A stretch of DNA of 63,992 nucleotides, filler included, from Olpidium bornovanus S191 (GCA_017911155.1; 30 parts of 30 records of this genome joined end to end with filler, not necessarily neighbours in it); one strand, 5' to 3'. Positions 47,970 to 60,964 are shown, numbered from the whole stretch's first letter. Numbers and translations are program-made. The notes: a model not told the origin generated them from the letters alone.

Positions 47970-49516
47970 ATGGCCTCCGCGCGAACGCTGCTTCGGCCCC
48001 TCCTGTCCGCCGGCTTGGCCGCCCGGGAAAGTGCGACCGTCGCCCTTGCCGCCGTCGCCGAGCCCGCTGGGTGCACGTCCTTCTGCCGGGCCTCCCGGCA
48101 GTCTGCGCGGTATTCTACCTCCTACGGAAAGCTCCCTTGCGCCGCTCCTTCCGCAGCGCTCGCCGCTGCATTGACCAAGCCCGGCCTGCTGCTCCGTGGG
48201 GGAGTGCCCCCGGCGCCGGGCCTGCATCGGGAACGGCCGCCGCGGAATCCGCACCAGCCAAGCGGCGTTCCGGGACAACCGCTCTCATTTGCGCCGCGTC
48301 CTGCCTGGGTCTTGCCGTCCGGGGTAGCCCGCTTTCGACCTCGAATTCAAAGCACCCGATTCCAAATTCAATGCTGCGCCCTCCACACGGGGCGCGTCTT
48401 TCTTGCGGGGGATGACTTTCCGGCCGACGGGCCAACCAAACTGGGCGGACAAGCACCTGCTCCCAATTTGCGTACCTCTGGGCCACCGTTAGCAGAACGA
48501 CCACACTCCGCTGACTTGACAGCGGACGATGCCGTTCACGCTGGTGATAAGGCCGCGGAGGCGCACGCGCATGCTGCGCATTTTGCCGTCACAAAAGGCT
48601 CTTTCGCACGGCTTCGACTGCGCTTAAAGATTATGCTGATGAAGCAGATCAGGCCATGGACGGTTGATGACTTTATGGCTATGTTCTCGTGGGTGTTTGT
48701 CGCCAATGGCCTGTACATTGTCCTCGGGACTACTAGCTTCGTCAGCATCGTTCTTTGGGTAGTTAATAGCCTTCAGTTTCAAGGTTTGCCTTTATCGCCT
48801 TCGTCCAGTTTCATTCGGTTTTCTGCCGTAAGCTGATGTTGGTTTGGTTAAACATCCGGAATGTTCTGGCCATAAAATCGGACGTCGGCGCGATTGCAAG
48901 AATTTGTCGCGCGGCGGCTCGGAGATTACCTCACTAGAGAGACCGGTGTTACTGTAACTTTTGAGTCGGCGATCGTGCCGAACTGGAAAGACGGGAAGAT
49001 ATCCCTGCGGAACGTCTGTTTCAGTCGGCAGCGGTCGCTTCCCGCGGAAGGGGAGGCAGCGAGCCAAGGATTGCCGAAAGACGACTACATGTACTACGAC
49101 CTCACTGTTGAGCAGATTGACGTGACCCTCGACTTAATGCGGTGGTTGGACGGTAATGCCATACCATGTCTCCCGTACATTTGACTGCCCAAAGATGTCA
49201 GCCGTTTATTGACTGTTGGTTGTCGAACTCGCCCTCTGCAGGAAAAGGCATCCTGCGCGACGCTCGGATAAAGGGCGTGCGCGGGACCCTCGACCGGTCG
49301 CATCTGGTGTACGATCCGAACGCCCCCACGTGGCCAAAGCGCAAGGCTCAGCCAGGTGACTTGCAGTTGGAATCCTTCACGCTGGAGGATCTATTGGTAA
49401 CGATTTTGCAAGTCGGAAACTTTCGCCCGTACACCATAAGCATCTTCAACGCCGATGCGCCGCACGGACTGCGGATACAGTGGCTGCTGTACGACCTGCT
49501 CTGTGCGGAAAGCATG
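47970..49516 (+). CDS. MDM31: Mitochondrial inner-membrane protein Mdm31/Mdm32, 3'-partial
   Basis: Arg/Ala-rich presequence; RLKIMLMKQIRPWTVDDFMAMFSW...GTTSFVS...NSLQFQ|EFVARRLGDYLTRETGVTVTFESAIVPNWKDGKISLRNV...DLTVEQIDVTLDLMRWLDG|KGILRDARIKGVRGTLDR...FRPYTISIFN...QWLLYDLLCAESM. Confidence 0.92.
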
Positions 49517-51457
49517 NNNNNNNNNNNNNNNNNNNNNNNNNNNNNNNNNNNNNNNNNNNNTTAATTAATTAANNNNNNNNNNNNNNNNNNNNNNNNNNNN
49601 NNNNNNNNNNNNNNNNCATGCGGCAGCATCTCTTGCTCGGTTCAACGGCCAACCCAAATGACCGACACCTGGGGTCCAATCAAGCGGGATTTCCGATACT
49701 TGGGCGGCACTGAGCGCTCTGGCATCTGAATCCTACCTCAACAACGTTGGACTTCCAGCACGCATTTCAGAATGATCACGGATGCGTGACCATACCAATG
49801 ATGCCACGGGTGTCCTTACTCCGCCTTCGAGAGGTAAGGGTTAACCATAACGGCCGAAAAGTCGGAATTTAGCTAAATCGGAATCGGATATTGGTTGGTT
49901 ACTACGTTTGTGATAAAGGAGGACGGCACCCCGACAGAGAGGAAGCAGGCCATTTGAATGAACGTATGTGTGAGACAACCAGTTCATCGTTTTCTTTGCG
50001 CATTCTGGTTTCTATTGCCCCTGCCACGATTCGCTTCTACCGCCGCCCCGCCGTTCTCTCTTCTTTGGAAAGAGAAAAGAACATTGTCCGGTTAGGACAT
50101 CTGGTTGTTCTGCGGCAATGCAGACATCAAAAGATCTTTTCGAAATGCTCCCTTAGTACTATTTTTTCCGAGGAAAACAAATTGAAGCGGAGATGAAAAA
50201 AAAATCAAACTGTCCGTCACGGAGATCTCTGGAGGCGCGTCATATGGTCCCGGCTGCGCTATGACGGTTCGCCGAGTCGCCGCAGGCGGCGCAGGCGAAC
50301 CAGATTATTAGAAAGAGAGACGGTTTCACTAGCTTGGTGCGTTCCCATCGCGCGCACTCGCTAGATAATGCGAGCTTTCCCATTCACACTACAAAAGAAA
50401 AACAAACCGATTTGCGTCGGGGCGAAAAATTAAAAGAAAAAGGGACAGAGAAGAGATTTGGCGGGCCGTCCTAAAAATGCGGACGCGAACCGCAAAAGGG
50501 CGGCGCGCCGACTGCAAAAAGCTCCCTCTGCCGCACGCTCTGGGGGTCTGTGCCTTCCGTTACCAAACCGTAGCTCCTCTACCTTGCGCTCCATCGTACC
50601 CTCGCACCGCTCCCGGTGGATATCACCGCCAAAGCAAGAGGCGCGAAGCGTTCGCAAACCACAAAAGGTTGGGGGTTGGGAATTGTTGGGGGGAGGGAAA
50701 GGGGGGAGGAGGAACGCGGGGGGGAAGGAGATGGGAGAGGAGAAAAGCCGCGAGGCGGGGGAGCGGGGGAAAGCAAACAGTGGAGGGGAAGGGCCGAATT
50801 GAGGGGAAGGGCCGGACCGGAAGGGGGGTGGCCCCCGACGTCGCGCACACGCAAGCGGAATTCCCAGATGCTTCTGGTGCTCGGGCGTACGGGGCAGGGG
50901 GTAGGGAGGCGGGAAGGCCGAGGGGGAGGGGGGGGGGATCAGGCGGAAGGCGGGCGGTCCCGTGAGACGTCCTTCTCCGGCCATTTGGGCGCGGTTGTTT
51001 TGTTTTTCTTTTTTTCACTTCTGCCGCGGGCGCAGAGGAAAAAAAAAACAACGGAAACTTGGGCTCGTTTTCCGGGGGGAGAAAGGAGGGGCGGGGGGCG
51101 GGGATGGGGGGTGGGAAGAAGGGGGGGCGGTCACATCGGTATGCGCGAGCGAACCGTCCAAACGTGAAACCGCCGGGTCCACCAAGCCCGGAAGCCTTGG
51201 AAAGGTACTCCCCACGAATTTGGAGCGACCATGGGCACGGTGCGCTTAGTGAAGAAGGGTGTAGAGAATAAAGGGGCAAAATAAAGGGGGAAGCTTAGAC
51301 ACTGCGCGCACCGGCCCGCGTTGTCCCTTTGTAGAATCCCCAGCTCCCGTGGTATAAAATAGAGCTAGAGCAAACTATTAAACAAACGCCCAGAACACAA
51401 AATAAAGTTCTCCTTCCTTCGTCTTCGTCCTCGGCCAGGCTCCAACACCCCTTCCCT

Positions 51458-51595
<138 letters not shown>

Positions 51596-52399
51596 CGTCC
51601 CNNNNNNNNNNNNNNNNNNNNNNNNNNNNNNNNNNNNNNNNNNNNTTAATTAATTAANNNNNNNNNNNNNNNNNNNNNNNNNNNNNNNNNNNNNNNNNNN
51701 NACCAGGCAGGTTGGCCCGGGTCGAGCTACTTTCTGCCCCTCGAAAAACGTCGCATTTTGCTGGTTTACTTTCTCGTGTCATCAGGCTTTCAGCCCATTC
51801 CTCAAAGCACCCAACCAACATGCTGCATATGGACAATGCGAAGGAGTTTGCCTCCAGATCATCCGAGGGAGTCTGCACGGCGGCGGGCAACATTCGGTTC
51901 CGTACAGGCACCAGCAAAATGGCTGCACAGAATGGCTTACAGAAGAATTCAAATGCGCGCGGAACAAAGGGGTCGTCGGTCAGTAGGGCGACTTGCGCGC
52001 CTGCCACAGCGGGGCGCGTCGGGGCGGTCGACAGAAGCGGGCCGGTCTCGGCTCTGGACGTCGAACGACGCCTATCCCTCTCTGCTCGTGCACCAGAAGC
52101 GAGCGACCGGGTTGGGCCTATGTCGTTCGGTTTCTCCGCTCGAAGCGCGCGCCTCCTCCGGTCGCCATCGCAGTTCTGCCAGCCAATCAGAAGCCTCGGC
52201 GGGACAAATTTTCCGCGCTTTGACGTCACCCGCGCCGCTCGGGCTCGCCGGACTCTCCCGCACGCCGACACGCACACGCCCGCCCGGCGGAAACGAAAAT
52301 CCACTCTCCGCGACGATCCCCACCTCGCACAACAAGAAGAAACAAAAAAACAAAAAAAAAAAAAAAAAAAAAAAGATAAGGGAAACCCCCACGCGGCAC

Positions 52400-52942
52400 A
52401 TGTCGAGAAAGAGGGCGGCGGCCAGGGCGACCTCCGTGCCGCTTCCCGACGTCCGCGGCGACGGGGGAGGGGGGGGAGGAGCGTTCGAGCGCGAGTCCGG
52501 GCGGCGGGCGCAGCCCGCGGCCGCGCACACGGGCGCCCCCCCCGCCGCCACCCAGGCCGCCGCGGGGCGGACGTCCTTCTCCTCGGGATCCGCGGTTGGC
52601 CGGGCCGCGCCTGCCGCGGAAGGTAAGGCGGCAGGGGCGGGGACCTCCCTTCAGCCGTCGCGCGCACCGCACCCCGCCGGCTCCCACCATCATCGGTCCG
52701 GCGTGCTGCCGTCGCCGCGGGGCTTCTTCGTCTTCCACGGCGTCTGGGCGTCGCTCGCCGCGCTCTGGATCTTGGCGGCGCGCGCCGGGCAGGTGCCGGA
52801 CCGCCGGCTCGCTGACCCCGCTTTTGCGGCGACGGCGGTCGCGATTGGATACCATTTCACCGTGCACCTTCTCTGCAACTACCGGCGGTGGACGGAGCTG
52901 CGGAGGATGTGGTGCTACGCAGCCGTCCTGGGAGTCGCGCAG
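52400..52942 (+). CDS. Hypothetical multi-pass membrane protein, first exon
   Basis: Low-complexity N-terminus, then hydrophobic helices FFVFHGVWASLAALWILAA, AFAATAVAIGYHFTVHLL, MWCYAAVLGVAQ|gtgggc. Confidence 0.5.
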
Positions 52943-53162
52943 GTGGGCCCGTCTGCTTGCGTCGCCCTTTATCTCCCCCCCCTTCCCTTTGCAGGTCCGC
53001 TCATTCGGGCGATCCTCCCGTCAGATCAGGGGGGGGGGGAAAGCGGGAGGAGGGGGGGCTTTTTTTTTGCCCCGACGATATGCGAGTATGAATGCTTAAC
53101 ACGCTCTTTAACCGCGGACTCTTCCGGCCGGGCGCGCCCCCTCTTCCCGCGCGGGCGTGGGT

Positions 53163-53193
<31 letters not shown>

Positions 53194-53293
53194 NNNNNNN
53201 NNNNNNNNNNNNNNNNNNNNNNNNNNNNNNNNNNNNNTTAATTAATTAANNNNNNNNNNNNNNNNNNNNNNNNNNNNNNNNNNNNNNNNNNNN

Positions 53294-54806
53294 CACCGTG
53301 TCAAAGCTCTGGTCGGCGAAGTCGGACAGGTCGTGAGCGTCGGCCAGCTGTGTTCGCACACGCAACTTTGTCGGCGAGTCTTTCGTCAGACAGTTGCGGC
53401 CAAACCGCTTCATGGCCTTTTTCTTCGCTACCCGCAACATTGCTTCGCTGCGGTCCACGAGGGTGAGGGACTTGACCTGGTTTGGTTTGTAATAATTGAA
53501 ATTGCGACCAGTGCCAGAGGCAATCTCCAGGACGTCGCCCTTCGAGCAAACGTACAACCAGATTACTAGTGTTAGGATTCATAAGACGGACAATTTTCTT
53601 TGAAATAAAATATTTCACCTTCGCATGCCCAGAAAGCAACCATCTCCTTAGCAAGTTGGTGCCCATCGCCAACTCTTCCGTGCCAATTCCCTTATCATAA
53701 CTCTCGGCGAGACTTTCAAAAGTCTCGGCACTTCGCTGGTCAAGCTCAATCGCGGCCTCGTCAAGCTGGACAGGTACTTCGTCCGAGTCGCACATTCTCC
53801 GCCGCCTTTCCTCCATCAGTTCCTGGACGGTCGCTTCGTCTCCAGAGGCCTCGGCGTCCAAAAGCTTGTCAATCCACCTGCGCTCTTCTTCGTGCCGCTG
53901 CCGCTCCTTCCTAGCCTTGTGTTGATAGACCTTGAAGGACCCATAAGAACCAAAAACATAGAAGCCCAAGGCGGCCCAAACGTAGAAAATTGGCACCTTC
54001 CTGAGTTCACTGTCGGTCCGACGGAAATTCTCGGGATTCGTCTCGCTGGCTGCCAGACCTGTATTTTTACTGGAGCGGATGATCTCCAGGTTTGGCGCAA
54101 ACTTTGGCGTCTTGCGCTGCGTGATCTCTAGGTTCACCAACCGACTCTCCATTGAAAGCGAGATGGCTTTGGGATCCGCCGACCGCTTCTTGGCCTCTTC
54201 GACATCGTACCGGGCCCGCTGGCCACGGTGCAACGCGTTGAGCAAAGAGTAACTGTCTCGTGGAGACTCGTTCGGCCGCTCCAATATAACCGGTGACCTC
54301 TCCGGCTCCTGGAACGTTAGGGCCGTATTCCAATGCACAGGCTTCGCGACATCCGTTTGCGCCTGACGCTGCAGTTGCAGCGGAGGCTCGTCGGCGGCCA
54401 GCTCCAGTGACGCCGTCTTCCGCTGTGCAGGCTTCGCGACATCCGTTTTCGCCTCAGGCTGCAGCTGAGGTTCGCCGAAAACCGGCTGCGGCGTGTTGCT
54501 CTTCGGTTGCTGGGCGGGACCCCGAGTTGCGGGCGGTTCGGTTGACCGTGACGTCGTTCCGGCTGGTTCTACTGGGCCAGTCTGCTGCAATCCCCGGTCG
54601 TTCAACCCCTTCGGCACGCGCGCCTTCGGCACAGCCGCAGTGTGGAACGGACAACATAGCGGGCTTCTTCTGAGCGTAAGGCACCCGCGGTCCGTCCGAG
54701 CGATGACGCGAGGCCGAACGCCGGGGACGCTTGCAAGGCCCCTGTTGACCGCCAGGTGAGAGCCGTCTGCGACGCAGACCACGCGCGCGACGCGGGCAGA
54801 AAGCAT
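53294..54806 (-). CDS. OMS1: Mitochondrial class I SAM methyltransferase, Oms1-like, 3'-partial
   Basis: Presequence, one TM helix (IFYVWAALGFYVFGSY), then YDKGIGTEELAMGTNLLRRWLLSGHAK|GDVLEIASGTGRNFNYY...SLTLVDRSEAML...QSFDTV. Compare yeast Oms1 KGDVLEVSCGTGRN. Confidence 0.85.
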
Positions 54807-55037
54807 GGGGAAACAGCGGCGGGTGGGGCGGGGTTTTTTTTCTTCTTTGTCGCGTCACCCGCCGCCTGGCCTGAGGCCGGCGCGGGCACACAGAAAAACC
54901 CCCACGGCCAAGGGCGGGTTGGGCGGGGCAGGCGGTTTACCAATAAAGCCAACGCCCCTTCATGTAGACGCCGCCCGCGGCCGCAAGAGTGCCTCGAGGT
55001 AACTCCGCGTCGCGTCTACACTGCCGAAGGCTGCTGC

Positions 55038-55040
<3 letters not shown>

Positions 55041-55103
<63 letters not shown>
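55041..55103. repeat. (CTG/CAG)21 trinucleotide repeat
   Basis: Perfect CTG run at 55041-55103 with degenerate flanks. Confidence 0.95.
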
Positions 55104-55107
<4 letters not shown>

Positions 55108-56198
55108 TGCTGCAATTTGGCCCCGAGGCCCGAGCGCGGGGCAGCAGCGCTGGCAGGAAGCCTGCCGCAGGAGCAGACTTGCCAGGGACGGTATCTGCCC
55201 GGGTCCTATGTGGCTCTGTCCGCCGCGGATGAACCCTCGCCTGGTCACCGAGGGTAAACTTCGTGCTCGCTTCTCCACTGCGTATTCGCTTTTCATTTGC
55301 AGCTTCCGCTGGGTGCCAGGTGTGCACTTCTTCTCACGATGTCCGGAACCATTTTGCAACCACTCAATGCGATGGAGGCAGATGCGTCAGACGATTCATA
55401 AAGTAAACGAAAGTTTCCTTCATGNNNNNNNNNNNNNNNNNNNNNNNNNNNNNNNNNNNNNNNNNNNNTTAATTAATTAANNNNNNNNNNNNNNNNNNNN
55501 NNNNNNNNNNNNNNNNNNNNNNNNATGTCTAATCGTACGGAACTTTGATTAAAGTACCAGGTATACGTAATGCTCGGCCGGCGATTCCGCCCACAGCGCC
55601 GGCCGGCCCAACCGTGCAAGGTGCTGCTACAGTCGAAACGGCTGGTTTGCACACCGGTCAACGCCAGGCTTTTAGCGATTACAATAGGGCGGATCAGACA
55701 GTCGGCGAGCGCGTACTGGCGAAATACGGGTCCTGATTGGAACATGAGCCGGCAAGGCGCGTTATTTCGAGTCACCGGTGCCGGGGGGGGGGGGAACCCG
55801 TGTCAAAGGCAGGTCCGCTGCTATTGTAGTTCTCGGCGAATGCGCGCGCACGGCGCGCGCGCTCGGTGGTTTCGTGATGCCGGTTGAAACGTGCCGGCGC
55901 GCGCAGCATTTCCCGGCCGCGTCGCGCGACGGGTGGCCGGGCGGGCGGAGGAAGAGGGGCGAGGCGTGTCGGGGGGGGAGGGGGAAAGGGGAATGGGGAA
56001 AGGTTAGGGGGAAAGGTAGGGGGAAAGGCAATTTACAGAAAAAAAAAATCATCAAAAGCAACGTGCCGGCCGGAGAAAAACGACTGTCTTCCCGCATCAC
56101 GACACAACCGCGCGCCCGCACATCGCCGGATCCGACGGCGGATGGGGAAGCGGGAGGGCGCGCGAGCCCGGCTGGACCGCCTCCTCATTCAGGCGCAG

Positions 56199-56450
56199 AT
56201 GTCGCCGGCTGGCGGCGCGGACTCCGGCCGGCGGCGCGGCCTCCGGCCGGCGGCGCGGACTCCGGCCGGCGGCCGCCGCCGGACCCGGGCGCGGCGACCA
56301 GATCTACCTGAACACGCCCCTCCTGGGGAGCGCCGTGGACCATCAGGGGCGGCCGGTCGCGCCGTTTCCGACCGACAAGCTGAAGTACACCCCGCTGACG
56401 TTCCTGCCGAAGAACCTGTTTGAGCAGTTTCGAAGGGTGGCGAAGTGCTT
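56199..56450 (+). CDS. P4-type ATPase (phospholipid flippase, Dnf/Drs2 family), N-terminal fragment
   Basis: QIYLNTPL...DHQGRPVAPFPTDKLKYTPLTFLPKNLFEQFRRVA matches the flippase N-terminal KYT-x-x-TFLPKNLFEQF motif. The ATG at 56199 is out of frame with this motif. Confidence 0.75.
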
Positions 56451-56650
56451 CCCGTTCGTCCCCCTTTCGTAAGCGGAATGTACAGGTTCCCAAGACGTGC
56501 CAGTGCTTTTAGGATGCCGGAAAACGATCCGCGGAGCTGCCGCGAGCATGNNNNNNNNNNNNNNNNNNNNNNNNNNNNNNNNNNNNNNNNNNNNTTAATT
56601 AATTAANNNNNNNNNNNNNNNNNNNNNNNNNNNNNNNNNNNNNNNNNNNN

Positions 56651-57303
56651 CATGTACTTGTCGAAATTGTGGAGCTTCGAGTCCTTCCCCCCCCGGAACT
56701 TGGGGTTGCCCTCTTCGGTGAACGTCAGGTCGGTGAGGTAGAGGCCTGGAAGCAAAGAAAAGTTTGATGGAGCGGTTCACGCGCAGGTCTTATTTTATGG
56801 CGCGTCTCCCCCACGCGTCCACCACAGCAAAAAAACAAAACTAAAAAAAAATAAAAAAAATAAAAAAAATCATAACCGGTCCGGGAAAAAGACAATCTTA
56901 CCGACGTAAGGTAGGCAAGGCGGTTTAGACTCCTTTAGCCTGTTGCGATAATCCGCGTAGTTCTTTGTGTGCTCCGTCGCCTTCCGCAGCATGTTGAGGC
57001 TCGTCATTGTCTTGCTCTTGCCCTTGTTTGACAACATGCCCCACGTCTGCTTTAGGCGCGCTATGGTCGAGGAGTTGAGGGCGCAGAGGATTGCCATCAG
57101 AGCGTCGTAATTTTGCAACGACATGCACCTCTGGGGGCGTGGTATTCACCGGGGGAAGGGGGAGGGGTGAGAGGCCAAGGAAACAAATCAGGAAGGGGAA
57201 CCCGGGGGTGATCGCAGAAAGCAGGCAGTCAGTAGCGAATCCGAATTGAAAACAAGGAAAGGGCCTGGAAAAAAAATTATGGCGAGACGGTGCCTCTTTC
57301 CGT

Positions 57304-57352
<49 letters not shown>

Positions 57353-57822
57353 ACCCCCCCCCCACCCCCCACCGCCATCCTACTTATCACCTCAGCAATC
57401 TTGACGCAGTGCTTTATCAAGGCGCACCGCCTCTTGATGTCGTTTTCCCTCAGTATCGTTTCGGCGATCCAGCCGGTGATCTGCGTGCTCATGGTGCTCA
57501 TGGCCCGGACGTTCACCGCGACCGAGCTGGTCTTCTTCGAGAACTCCTGGTTGATCAGTTCGTAGTACCGGATAGCGCAGAAGATCCTCATCTGCATGAG
57601 GGTGATTTGCCGCGCGAGCTCCTGCGGGTCGATGTCGAGGATGGACCAGCCGGCCTTTGCGGCGAAGCCCTTGGGGATGATGGGAGTCGGCGGCGGGCCG
57701 GCGCCGGCGGGCATGGGCGGGCCGCCGGCGGCGGAGGAGGATGAGGAGGAAGAGGAAGGCAAGAGCGCGGCGGCGAGGTGGAGGTGGCCGCTACCGCCAC
57801 CGCTCCCGCTCCCGCCGCCGCG

Positions 57823-57856
<34 letters not shown>

Positions 57857-57995
57857 TCAAATCGCTCGTACGACCGCGACTTCGACAGCACCCTCGGCGA
57901 GAACTTGATGGCAGGCGGCTCGACCTGCGTCGCCTTCTTGTTTATCAACTCGACCAACTTCGTCCCCAACACCTCCGTCACCGTCTCGGACATGA
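56651..57995 (-). CDS. Ras guanine-nucleotide exchange factor (CDC25-type catalytic domain), partial at both ends
   Basis: ILDIDPQELARQITL, STQITGWIAETIL...KRRCALIKHCVKIAE|CMSLQNYDALMAILCALNSSTIARLKQTW, NYADYR...PPCLPYVG|LYLTDLTFTEEGNP. Confidence 0.93.
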
Positions 57996-58095
57996 NNNNN
58001 NNNNNNNNNNNNNNNNNNNNNNNNNNNNNNNNNNNNNNNTTAATTAATTAANNNNNNNNNNNNNNNNNNNNNNNNNNNNNNNNNNNNNNNNNNNN

Positions 58096-58330
58096 CATGC
58101 ACGAATCCGTGGCAGGCACAGAGGAAATCGCTGATCATAAGCGACGCGCCTTGCCCCTTCTTGCCCAATGTTTGTCCCCTCATCTTTCGAGCCAAACACT
58201 GCCCCGCGCCTTGTCGGAGTAAAACACACACTCGCCCCGGGCGTCGAGCACGTGTTTCCTGTCTCAGATGTCGAGGCGCTCAGGTGCCGCAGCGACCTCC
58301 CACGTCGCCGCCAGTGTACTTTTCCACACT
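58096..58330 (-). mobile_element. Frameshifted remnant of a DDE-type DNA transposase
   Basis: Across frameshifts and a stop: EKYTGGDV / EVAAAPERLDI*DRKHVLDARGECVFYSDKARGSVWLE / GQTLGKKGQGASLMISDFLCACHG. This follows the HDE-x-x-F...W...KKG-x-G-x-S-x-M-x-SDF pattern I recall from fungal transposase-like proteins. Confidence 0.55.
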
Positions 58331-58768
58331 TCTTGCTGTGTTCGGGCGTGCGTTTTGCCCGCAGCCGGCCGCAGGCGGCGACATCTTCTCGCTCACAATC
58401 ACCGAAGTATAACTAGACAAACCAAAAAAAAAAAACAAAAACAGGAAAGACAACGTATTCATTTTTTTTTTTCGTAAGCTCCTAACCCATACTCAAACCC
58501 CGAGCCGAGATCGGCTCTGGCACGTGACCTGCGTTTTGACTTCCCCCCCCCCCACCCGGGCCGTTCCGCACGTGCGGGAAAGAAAAATCGCGGAGGGCGG
58601 GGAAACCGAGCAGAAAGAACGGGAAAAAAAAAAAAAAGAGAGAACGTGCGAGGGGGAGAAGGCAGAGAGTTTCAGGTCGTGGTGACGACGACGAAGAGCC
58701 GGCGGCGGACGAGAGGGCGAGAGGGCGGACGGGAAGCGCGGGGGAGGAGCAGAAACAACAAGAAAGAG

Positions 58769-58805
<37 letters not shown>

Positions 58806-59087
58806 AGAAAGAGAAGGGGCGCCGGTTCCTCTCCTGCCGTTTCATCTCTCACTAGGTTCCCTGGCGGTGCGGAGCCCACGCCGCCGTCGGTAGACGAGTG
58901 CGCGCCGCCAAAAGGGCAAACGACACGCCGGAGAGCCGGAACGGAAAAACCAGCGCCCCGCTCCTCCGCCCCTCGTTCGTGTGAGACGGGAACTCTCCTT
59001 GCCCGCGGAAAAAAGTTCTCTCGCCTCCGCTCTGCCTGTTCTCTGCGGCGGCCCACCTCAAAAGAAAACCCGGTTCGATACGCCCCG

Positions 59088-59160
<73 letters not shown>

Positions 59161-59260
59161 NNNNNNNNNNNNNNNNNNNNNNNNNNNNNNNNNNNNNNNN
59201 NNNNTTAATTAATTAANNNNNNNNNNNNNNNNNNNNNNNNNNNNNNNNNNNNNNNNNNNN

Positions 59261-60229
59261 CATGCTCAGTATGACGACCCCCTGGTGCTCCGGAGTGTCT
59301 TCCGTGATCCTGCCGACGTGGGCCTTGAGCACGTGGTTGCCGTAGACGAAGGGCATTTCGCCGTTCGGTTTGATCCAGACCTTGTACTGTTTCCGGCGAG
59401 GTCAAAGGGAGGAGGCGCCGGTAGGCAGGACGTTAGCGGGACGCGAGTTTTGAACTTGACCTTTTTTTTTTTTTTTTTTCGCTTCGGCCCGCTTCGGTTT
59501 CTCCGGTTCTGTGTTTCTCTCTTGCCGGAAAGTTTTCACACGTTGAGTCGTTCCCCTCCCGCGGGCCCTTCTTCTAAGCCAGGGCCTCCACCCCAATTCA
59601 CGCCGCACCCGTCCTTCCCTCGCGATCCTCATCCCGCTCTTCTCCCCCCCCTCCCTCTCCTCTCCCTTTCGTCGGCCGGCCCGGGGGGGGACGCTTTGCC
59701 CCTTCCCGTCCTCCAAGAGCACCCGCCGCCCCCCTCCGCCGACCAGGCCCCTTCACCGCTCGCGTCCTTCCGCCCGCGCGGGGGTCCGTCCATCGCGATC
59801 CCTCGGCCCTGTCGCCGGCGGGCCGGCCGCGGTTTGCCGCCGCTCTTCGTTCCCCGCCCCCTCCCTTTTTCCCCTATTCCGGCCCGCCTTTCTCCCCCCC
59901 CCTCCCCCCCTTTTTTTTTTCTTTTCTTTCACACGGTCCGCCCGCACCTTGGCGTGCACCGCCAGGGTGTCGAGGGCGGTGACGGCGAGCCTGAACTTTC
60001 CGGTCTTGGTGAACTTGCCGAAGCACACGCCCAGCGAGCACAGGCGGTCCCTCGCGACGGAGGTGGCGAGGCGCATGGTCTTCTCGGACACGTAGTAGAC
60101 GCGGTCCCTGTGCAGCCTGAAGCAGTGCGGGTCGTCGGGCCTGTCGACGAGGCGCGCGAGGTTCTTCCCGATGTAGCGGGCCAGCTTCTCGAAGAAGACC
60201 TTGGTCTCGTCTTCCGTCAGCGGCCTCAT
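59261..60229 (-). CDS. NIP7: 60S ribosome biogenesis protein Nip7, 3'-partial
   Basis: Exon 60229-59948: [21 protein letters not shown]...[12 protein letters not shown]...[19 protein letters not shown]. Exon from 59386: [38 protein letters not shown]. Confidence 0.97.
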
Positions 60230-60964
60230 TCTTTTTTTTTTTTTTTTTTTTTTTGTTCTTTCGTTTCTTTTCGCGGAAGGAGGTTTTTGCCTGTGTCTCG
60301 CACGGGGAGGGCGCGGCGTGCGCGGCTCCTCACCCCTCACGTGACCTCACCCGACCCCTGTAAACTCCCCCTTTCCCCAAATTCCCCGCCGGCTGCTCCA
60401 GCCAATAATCATCTCCTGCGGCCCCTAAAACCACCCCCCCGCCCCACCGACGGCGAACCCCATCCGCGCTTGTTGTCCTGTACAGTGCCATGGACCTTTG
60501 CAGCACCCAGTGTTCTCGTTGCCAGCTTTTGCCAGTTTTAAAGCTGAAACCAACCAACCCCTCCGTTGCGGGTTTCCGGCAGGTTGCGCACGAGATGGGG
60601 GGGGGGNNNNNNNNNNNNNNNNNNNNNNNNNNNNNNNNNNNNNNNNNNNNTTAATTAATTAANNNNNNNNNNNNNNNNNNNNNNNNNNNNNNNNNNNNNN
60701 NNNNNNCATGCAGCATCACGTGCGTCCCTTTCTGCTCCAATCACGCGTTTCCTTCTTTTTCATTTTTCTGATGAAATAACGCGCTCTCTTCCCCTCTCTC
60801 TCCCTCTCTCTCTATCTCTCTCTCTATGTCTCTCTCTCTGGCTCGCTCACACACACGCACGCACACGCACACGCACACGCACACGCACACGCACACACAC
60901 TGGCCCGCCCCACAAACATTAATAAATAAACACACACGGCCCCCAGTGCTGCGTTTCCTTCCAG

